Source of the DNA: Octopus vulgaris
Lineage: Eukaryota
Direction of reading: 5' to 3'
Assembly (NCBI GenBank): GCA_951406725.2
Contig: OX597819.1
Location: 6,758,001 to 6,822,000 of the forward strand
Length of the DNA stretch: 64,000 nt
In this document: positions 55,142 through 64,000 of the stretch, one piece after another
Layout: the number at the start of each line of letters is the position of its first letter
How positions within the stretch are numbered: the stretch's first letter is position 1
Program-made: the position numbers and the translations under genes
Notes under the pieces: generated by a model
Databases searched by the model: none
Told to the model about the DNA's origin: nothing
What the model saw: only the letters and a program-made list of their open reading frames with translations

Positions 55142-55610
55142 ATATATGCATATATGGGTACAGAACGTCACAAAATGTAAACAACATTCCCCTTCACCGT
55201 TTTCTAGCTGTCCCGTACTCTCTCTCTCTCTTCCTCCTTAACTCTCTTGTTACTCACACATTACCATCGTCCATCTTTCTTTGCGTTACGTGTCATCTTT
55301 CTTATCTTTCAGTCTGTCGCACAGACCAGATGCATTCTTGTCTGTTTCTTCTCCTATCTTTTCTCCAGTCAAAAAATGTTCCTCCAGCGTTCGCCACCTT
55401 ACTTCGTCTGCAGGAGCAACTATTTTATCGAAGGCACATATTGAATTGCTCGAAATGTGGATTAGATAAACAGCCAACAACTGGTGAAGGGTCGTTCTTT
55501 ACATTACTTATCTTGTTTTCTATTTGTTTCTCTCGTTCGCATAAAACGTTTGTCTTCGTATTTCCTGTTGTTTACTTTTTGTAACGTCCTGTACCGATAT
55601 ATGCATATAT
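55142..55610. mobile_element. TIR element (MITE-like) in a TA-rich tract
   Basis: atatatgcatatat.ggtacagaacgtcacaaaatgtaaacaaca / tgttgtttactttttgtaacgtcctgtacc.atatatgcatatat. Confidence 0.7.
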
Positions 55611-55613
55611 ATG

Positions 55614-55656
<43 letters not shown>

Positions 55657-55708
55657 GCCAGTATGTACATATGTGTATGTATATATGCCTATATATATTT
55701 TTATATAC

Positions 55709-55749
<41 letters not shown>

Positions 55750-56299
55750 TATATGTATATATATGTGTCTGCATGTATATATGTGTCTGCATGTATATAT
55801 GTGTGCATGTATATATATATAGAGAGAGAGAGAAAGAGAGATGGGGTGTGTGAGAGAGAGAGAGAGAGACGTCACTAAAGTGACTAAGAGCACTAATGAG
55901 CATCAATATTGCTAAAAATAAGAGTCAAAACAACTCAATGGCTACGTTAAGTATTATCTTAATGAATGACGAAGCAGCGGACATAACCAGATACACCGAC
56001 ACATACACACACATAAAAATATGCATGTTTGAGTGTACAAATGTTCGAAAGAAAACGCGAGAAAAAGAGGGAGAGACTTGCTTTTTTTATCTAATAAGTA
56101 CAGAACAGAAGTCGAGTTCTATTCAAATCATGTCTGTCAATCAAACATTGCAAAATATTTTGTGAAATCTTTCGTGATTTGATAAAATAATCTGATTGTA
56201 AGTTAATGTCTTGCGTAACTGACATTTTCATTAATGAAACGTGCAAGAATGCTTTGTGTAAATGAAATACCTTATCACTACAATTGTTTCTTTTTTATA

Positions 56300-56694
56300 T
56301 CTTTATATATAAAAGAGAGGTTGTGTGCTGTCTGTCTCCTACGATTTAGATTCCTAACTACTCCCACATTTTGCGGTGCAGTGTAACCAAAACCAGGTAT
56401 CTTATAGTCGTGATTCATATCGAGCCCTTCTGGGTATTAGCGCGCGTCTACGATGAGTCTACGATTTTAAGAAAAATTTACCATCATTTTTTCCATTTTA
56501 ATGCATTTTTGGCATATATAAGGGAAGTAACTCTCTAAAAATTTATTATTAAATCTCAGAACGTAAAAAGCTACAGTAATCCACCCCCCTTTGTGGTTAG
56601 CCATATTTAGATGGCTATTATACTTTTCATCTCTAAAAATGCTTATATAGTTATTTCCCTTACAAACCCGAGCAACGCCGGGCGATACTGCTAG
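56300..56694 (+). mobile_element. Non-autonomous Helitron
   Basis: A|TC start; cccgagcaacgccggg hairpin; CTAG|T end. Confidence 0.85.
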
Positions 56695-56779
56695 TATATA
56701 TATATAAATGTGTGTATCGTGCGTGTGTGTGTCTGTGTGTCTGTGTCTGTGCTTGTGCCTTTAAGGCAGATCCGAGATT

Positions 56780-57180
56780 CCATACCTTTCATAATTTTAG
56801 TGATTGCTCTTTGGAATAATGACATTTTCGTAATGTTTTGATTCGTACGTGGAGACCAGGGGACACATCAGTGTTTCAGGTGTTGCCGTAAAGAGAATAG
56901 AAAAGAGAAACAGTGACATCTTGACGGAAAGTTTTGAGGGTCAAGAGCCTACCCTGCAGTCCTATGAAATATATTGCTAACGACAGAACTCAGCTGAGAT
57001 TGTTGTCGACAATTACTCCTAAGTCTCTGATACCATCGAATGCCATTAGTTGTTCTCCTGATGGAATAGAATATAATTGTTTGGGCGTATTCTCTTTCCC
57101 AAAGTGCATAGTTTCAAACTTTCCCTCATTTAAGAGCATGTTTTTTTTATCAGACAAGTGTGTTGTCAAGTTATTTATTG
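56780..57180 (-). mobile_element. CR1/L2-group LINE RT C-terminal fragment
   Basis: NMLLNEGKFETMHFG..IRDLGVIVDNNLS. Confidence 0.75.
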
Positions 57181-57196
57181 ATAAATAACCATACAT

Positions 57197-57228
<32 letters not shown>

Positions 57229-57298
57229 TGTATGTATGTATGTATGTATGTATGTATGTATGTATGTATGTATGTATGTATGTATGTATGTATGTATG

Positions 57299-57349
<51 letters not shown>

Positions 57350-57699
57350 GTATATATGTATGTATGTATGTATATAATATTTGTGTAGATAGATAGATCC
57401 GAAGAAGGAAATTATATGTTACAATACTAATACTAATAGTCATATATCTATACTTATATTAGGTGTACAAACATGTACGTTTGCAACATATTCATATATG
57501 AAAATGTTTGTGCATATATATATGTTTGTATTACGCATCTTTACCTGTACATCTGTATGTTTTGTACGAATGTCCATGGTATTGTCCGTACTGGTTATGG
57601 ATTTTGTTCTTTATATTGAATTTTTATTGCTTCTATACTAATTAGAATGTCTTAAATTCTTGAATTCCATCTTGTATATGTCTACTGATTTGTGCATAC

Positions 57700-57800
<101 letters not shown>

Positions 57801-60059
57801 TACTTGTGTATATGTACTTTATTGAGATCACAGGGTTTTTGTGCCAATACATTTCTACAAGAACTACACTTTCAGATTGTAACAATACGGTCTGATAAAG
57901 AAATGTAATGGCGCCTTTTGTTATAAGCAATAATTTTTACGGTAAAAAATAGACTTAAAATTATTATCCTTCCATAAGTGTGTAAGTACACGCGCGCGCA
58001 CTCACAAACACACACACACACACATGTAGATGCATAAATATATACTTATATATATGCATTTATATAAATATATATGCATTTGTATGTATGTATATGCATA
58101 TATATATGTATGATGATCAACTGCGCTGCTTAACAGACTGAGTCTATTTACTTCTCTTTTATGGATATGCATTGATGTAGTTTTTCTTTGTCAGCAAACA
58201 AAGATCATAAAATCAGAAAACATGCAGCTATTAGCCGTATCTTCAACCGATTTGCAGTCATACCTAAAAGAACCGGCATGTTTATTGCTGCATCAACTAA
58301 TTCTTTTTGATACCGAAGATTTGCAAAACAAAATAAAACATGAATACATCTTATTTTCGTTTGTGATTTTTTTTTTTTTTTTTTGATAACTCTACTTCTC
58401 TCTTTATAGCAGTAATAATTTTCTATCGAATTTCTTATGTCTATTGATCTAAACATTATTCCATTTGTCACAATATTTCAAGTGAAATGAAGATATCATG
58501 CAAGAAAAAAATATCTTGCTAGATATGAATCATGCAAAGAAAATCATTACGTCTCTTTTGAATCTTTCTGCAGTTTTAATAATAGGCGTTTGACATGAAT
58601 CTTCGTTAGGTTTTTTTTTCTTCGTATAAATAATATCTCTATACATCCGACAATCAAAACTCATTTTTCAAGATCAGATAGATAGGTAGGTAGACATCCT
58701 TGTTTTTGTTTAAAATATAATAGACTCCTGTCAATTGGATATCCTGGTACAAGAGTCAATATGCGTTAATACCACTCCAGCGTGAACTAATATCACTACG
58801 AAGATATCATTTGTGTGCTGATAAAATTTTTGTTGCTTCCATAATATCCAAAGTGGTAAACATTTGAGTATCGGACTAACAGCCGACTAACAGCTGAAAT
58901 ATCAACAACTTATCATGTCTTTATTATGTCACTGACCGTGCATTATTATCACTAGCAAACACTCATATCTCTCGCTAGCCTATTCTTCCATACCTTTAAC
59001 CGCTGGGGAAATGAAGCATTGACTTAAATTAACTACCAGACTTAAAACTCCGGGAAGCATCTTTTGAATTCATAATGATTTTTTTTTTTAACTTCTTTAA
59101 CTTCATCGATATTAATTATCAGTCCTGGAGAGTAGATTAACTTGAATCTGCGTTCAGCTGTTTCTGTCGTAAGTTCAAATTCCGTTCAGGTACCAATAGC
59201 TTGAGAAACTCATTTGATCATAGAAGCATCCCGACCAACCGGCAAAAGACCAGTGTAAACAAGATAATTTACAATCAGCATGAACAGACTGATAACAGTA
59301 TACTGGGAGATTCCTTCAGCGGCGGTTTGACAATGGCTGAATAGCGGAATTTTTTTTTTAATAAGAGTACCTGAACAGCAAAATTAAAGTGTACATGTTA
59401 TGATAGCTTCTACAGAAGAAATAATATGAACACCGGATCTAAAATTCATAGTAAAAATCCCTGACCAAGATGCTGTGATTTGAGATTACCAAAGCATATA
59501 GTGACATGGAACTTCAAGAAAAGCATCATTAGTATTGGGTATTAAAAAATAACTATTGACCAACACGTTAGTGATTGCCAAATTATGAATGAATAAACAG
59601 AGAGAATATATTTTGGCAAACTTGTGCGTCTGAAAGGCAGCCAACACTAACAAATCAGTAGCAATATAAGCAGAAGATGAATATACTGCAAATAGTTGCT
59701 GAAAACAAAAAAAGCAGCTCGACATATTCTGAAATATAACTGTAGGATATCCTTGATATATTTCTCAGTACAACTAAATTTTTTACAGATAGATATATCA
59801 ATGCGTTAGACTACAGTTCCTGTTTAAAGAACTGAAGATTTACTGGAGAGTGCAAAGTAGTTGTAAGTCACAACCGAAGACTTTGTCTTTATTAAATGAA
59901 AATTTCAGTTAACTTGAGGGAAATCAAGAAGTATTATCGTAAAATTCTGAAATCGAATCTAAAAGAAATGAGGTGCTCGTCGTCTTAACTATATTGTTGC
60001 CACTTGCGGTGCTAGAATAAAATTTCCTGCTTGTGTTATCTATTTAAAACAATCTAGAA

Positions 60060-60480
60060 TCTCTCTAGCTGGAGGTCAGGACAGGGATCTCATCACAAGC
60101 AGATAAAACCTGTTACAGGTACCATTCAAACCAGTACTACAAGTTCCGTGGTCAAGTTGTCGGCGACTAAACCGCCTACTCTGGTGAAGAGGATGTCTGG
60201 ACACCCAGCAGGACTAAAAGTGAGACATGTCGAAATACGGATGAACTCTTTGTGGGCCGATGGTCGTCCAGTTGGGGAACGCAATGGCGAACTACCCAAA
60301 TATTCTTGCTAAGAAAACACCATGAGGAAATCAGAGTGGCGTAGCTCTATGGCTTCATCCGATATGAGAACTCGCACGTTTCGTTCGATGGGAGAACGCG
60401 CGCTTAATCATCAACGCGCTAAAAATGCGTACGATCCATGACGACGACAGCAGTCTATCTGAAAGTAAGTGTCTTTGACA
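60060..60480 (+). mobile_element. Possible RTE 5' UTR fragment
   Basis: gcaatggcgaactacccaaatattcttgctaagaaaacaccatg resembles the BovB/RTE 5' UTR motif AATGGCAA.CCAC.CCAGTATTCTTGCC..GAAAA.CCCATG. Confidence 0.45.
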
Positions 60481-60731
60481 GTGACCCAATGAGAGCTGGT
60501 AACGCGATTTGTACCGTCACCCCTGCCACCTGCTGCTAACGCGATTTGTACCGTCACCCCTGCCACCTGCTGTCTCTCCTTTTAAATTTATTTTACTGTT
60601 ACTTTCTGGGGTATACATAGCGTAAGATAAAGCAAACTTAATAAGCCATGTGTAAAGCTACGTCAAGTATAATACTACAAACAGATGTTTATATATATTT
60701 TAGAATACAATACTATCTTACATATAATAAA

Positions 60732-61116
60732 GTGGAGGCACAATGGCCCAGTGGTTAGGGCTGCGGACTCGCGGTCGTAGGATCGCGGTTTCGATTCCCA
60801 GACCGGGCGTTGTGAGTGTTTATTGAGCGAAAACACCTACAAGCTCCACGAGGCTCCGGCAGGGGATGGTGGTGATCCCTGCTGTACTCTTTCACCACAA
60901 CTTTCTCTCACTCTTACTTCCTGTTTCTGTTGTACTTGTATTTCAAAGGGCTGGCCTTGTCACTCTCTGTGTCACGCTGAATATCCCCGAGAACTACGTT
61001 AAGGGTACACGTGTCTGTGGAGTGCTCAGCCACTTACACGTTAAATTCACGAGCAGGCTGTTCTGTTGATTCGGATCAACCGGAACCCTCATCGTCGTAA
61101 CCGACGGAGTGCTTCC
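60732..61116 (+). mobile_element. SINE family C with TSD
   Basis: TSD acatataataaa at 60720-60731 and 61117-61128. Confidence 0.92.
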
Positions 61117-61597
61117 ACATATAATAAAACGCAATACGCTAGGAAGCTAAGGGTAAAACATCAGTTTAGTGTTTGGAACGCTTAATGGAAGGAGTCCTTG
61201 GATAATGTCTGACCTCATCGATCAAGGTTGTTCTAAAGCGGAAAGTAATAGCGGCAACAACAACGACCACCGACGAACCGATGACGATAATGACATTAGC
61301 AACAATAACAATAACAACAGATACAACAGAGACATCAACGACCGAAGGAAAGGGGAAAGTAGACAAAGAGAAAGTGGACGAGAGAGATAAGCGGAAAGAT
61401 GTTAGATGGACCTTCCATATTGTGGAGAAAGGGTTGAAAAGGCATTAAGGATCGTCGTCAGGAAGTCTGACCTCCTTGTCAGAACCAGGAGGCGAGGTCA
61501 CACACTAGGCACTACCTCTCCCACAACAGCAGAAAAAAACTTGCTGATTTTTTTTCAAACGTCGATTTCCAAAGACTGTTCACTGTTCACATAATAT

Positions 61598-61831
61598 ATA
61601 TTTCTTTACTACCCACAAGGGGCTAAACATAGAGAGGACAAACAAGGACAGACAAAGGGATTAAGACGATTACATCGACCCCAGTGCGTAACTGGTACTT
61701 AATTTATCGACCCCGAAAGGATGAAAGGCAAAGTCAACCTCGGCGGAATTTGAACTCAGAACGTAGCGACAGACGAAATACCGCTGAGCATTTAGCCCGG
61801 CGCGCTAACGTTTCTGCCAGCTGGCCGCCTT
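61598..61831 (-). mobile_element. SINE family B with TSD
   Basis: TSD ctgttc(a/t)cataatatat. Confidence 0.92.
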
Positions 61832-62129
61832 CTGTTCTCATAATATATTGATGATTAATACCTCTGCTTCTCGTCATCTTTTCAATTCATTTTCTAATTT
61901 TTTAAGAAAGCTTTTTGATACTTTTCTTTCTTCGTTTCTCATTTTCATCTTTCAATTTTTCCTTTTGTCACTTCTCCACGGCTTTTTCCGCATTGCTCAA
62001 TTTTATAATCTTTCATTCTTATCCTTTCTACCTGTTCAGCCTTTCCTCCTAGCTCAGCTTTACTTCTCTTATCATAGTACCCTCTCTCACCATCATACCA
62101 CGGCGTCACCATATCTTTTATTCTCATAC

Positions 62130-62350
62130 AAGGCGGCGAGCTGGCAGAACCGTTAGCACGCCGGGCGAAATGCGTAGCCGTATTTCGTCTGAGTTCAAAT
62201 TCCGCCGAGGTCGACTTTGCCTTTCATCCTTTCGGGGTCGATAAATTAAGTACCAGTTACGCACTGGGGTCGATGTAATCGACTTAATCCGTTTGTCTGT
62301 CCTTGTTTGTCCCCTCTGTGTTTAGCCCTTTGTGGGTAGTAAAGAAATAA
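62130..62350 (+). mobile_element. SINE family B with TSD
   Basis: TSD catatcttttattctcat at 62110 and 62354. Confidence 0.92.
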
Positions 62351-62635
62351 ATACATATCTTTTATTCTCATTTCTGTTATTCTGGGTCTTTTTTCTTCGA
62401 TCGTTTTCCAGTTTCCCCTTCCTGTTTTCTTTGTTCCTTTGTAAGATATCGTCTGCAACTATAAGTTCTCCCCCATCGCACGATTATTGTGTCGCACTGG
62501 ACAAGGTATTTGTTTATTATTTGCTAATAATAGGTATAAAGGGTTTTCTACTGCCATCCTATGGTTTATGGTTCACAGCGCTCTGAAGACTTGCTTCGAT
62601 GCCATTTTTCTATCTTTCAGTTGATCTCCATTCTT

Positions 62636-63311
62636 CCAGGTATTGTTTTAGTCTTCAGGCTCCACATTTTGCTGATTTCTATTTCAAGATCTTTATATTT
62701 GCTCAGTTTTTGGTAGGTCTTGACAGATACGTTTGTATCGATTGGGACAGTCATATCAATGAGGAGGCATGTTCTTTGTTTGAAGTCTTTCAATATGATG
62801 TCTGGCCTATTTGCATCTATCTTTCTGTCAGTTTGAATGGGGAAGTTCCAGAGGAGTGAGATGTGGTCATTTTCAAGCACTGGAGGTGGTTTGTGTTCCC
62901 ACCAGTTTTTTTTCATGGGGCAAATCCAGGTTTTTGTAGATTACCCAGTGAATATATTGTGCAACTCTATCATGCCTGTTGAGATACTCTGTAGGCGCTA
63001 GAAGACTGCACTTGGAGACAACATGATCAATGGTTTCCTTTTGTTGTTAACATACACGACATGTTGGCCTGGTAGTTCCTTGTTGGTAGGCATTGATCTT
63101 GAGCTGCTATGATAAACCCTTCTGTTTCAGATTTTAAGCCAGAGGCCATTAGCCATTGATGGGTTAGGGCTTTGTCAACATCTGCATTATTCGCTCTTTT
63201 TGGGTATTTGCCATAGAGAGGTTTTTCTTGCCATTTATCATTCAGAATATCTAAGGCAGCAGTTTTAGCACGGGTTTTCATGCGTTTAACTTTTTCTGTG
63301 CTTGTTTCTTG
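62636..63311 (-). mobile_element. R4/Dong-like retrotransposon: CCHC knuckle plus restriction-like endonuclease
   Basis: LKSETEGFIIAAQDQ..CRVC..ETIDHVVSKC..YLNRHDRVA..NRPDIILKD..LIDMTVP..KLSKYKDL; same family as 37868; 5' junction in (TAA)n. Confidence 0.9.
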
Positions 63312-63344
63312 TATTATTATTATTATTATTATTATCATTATTAT

Positions 63345-63503
63345 TTTTTTTTTTTTTATAGTGTGCTTTCACTTCACTACCGAGCGCAGCTCTGTGTGCC
63401 TTGGGTATGTGCTGTGATTTGTTGCGATGCTCTGATGGTTACTGTATTGAATGTGGTTTGCGTAGGATGTGTGCTGTGTCCAGTAGTGCAATTTTCTGTA
63501 TGC
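63345..63503 (-). mobile_element. Second R4/Dong-like subfamily 3' end in (TAA)n
   Basis: IQKIALLDTAHILRK, 3' UTR and poly(A), flanked by (TAA)n. Confidence 0.75.
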
Positions 63504-63569
<66 letters not shown>

Positions 63570-63936
63570 CATCATTATTATTATTCTTATTATTATTATT
63601 TATATATATATATAGAGAGAGAGAGGGGGGAGAGGGGAGGGGGAGAGAGGGAGAGAGAGAGAGAGAATTCAATGTTCAGTCGTGTGGCATGGGAATGATT
63701 AGTAACCATTTTGAAAAAGGAATGAGTGTATCTAGATACATTTTAAAAGTATGTAAAACAAAAATACTTCCTTTTCTCTATCCTCGGGTGCTGAGAGGAG
63801 TCTTTCCTTAAGTAACTTAAGTTCCGTTTCTACAAGTTCTCAAAAAAAATTCCATTTAGAAATACATGAATAAGCTATGTCTCGAGCAGAGAAGAAAATA
63901 TTTTCACACTACAATAGTTACAAATAATAATACTAA

Positions 63937-64000
63937 TGGAAGCACTCCGTCGGTTACGACGACGAGGGTTCCGGTTGATCCGAATCAACGGAACAGCCTG
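63937..64000 (-). mobile_element. SINE family C 3' end (runs off window)
   Basis: tggaagcactccgtcggttacgacgacgagggttcc. Confidence 0.85.

Noticed and set aside
58600-59760. Possible decayed hAT transposase
   Set aside because: Only faint motifs; not supportable by eye.
60500-60572. 37-bp tandem duplication (similar 36-bp one at ~41948-42020)
   Set aside because: Ordinary slippage-type duplication.

Overview
AT-rich, repeat-saturated eukaryotic DNA. The SINE families and microsatellite load suggest a mollusc, probably an octopus/cephalopod (inference). No intact host protein-coding gene is evident; most ORF-track entries are microsatellite or SINE read-throughs. The window holds: (i) about 30 copies of three tRNA-headed SINE families, several with clear TSDs, including two 183-184-bp tandem arrays; (ii) fragments of RTE, R4/Dong-like (in (TAA)n), CR1/Jockey-like and Tx1-like non-LTR retrotransposons, one decayed full-length Tc1 transposon, non-autonomous Helitrons, MITEs and a Gypsy remnant; (iii) a ~2 kb (AAG)n tract. 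The most striking signal is at least seven, and up to about ten counting relics, type-I hammerhead-ribozyme folds read by eye. They sit in mutually unrelated short elements that mostly abut (TA)n microsatellites. Several carry inverted duplications of their own 3' segment, three have a CCGANGA (U4C) core, and one follows a decayed Penelope GIY-YIG ORF. This points to a diverse Penelope/retrozyme-like ribozyme retroelement system. Also notable are a complete ORF1-only Tx1-like element inserted with a 15-bp TSD into a SINE tRNA head, and a Helitron carrying a second Tx1-like ORF1 fragment. All calls are from visual reading only; no folding or database searches were run.
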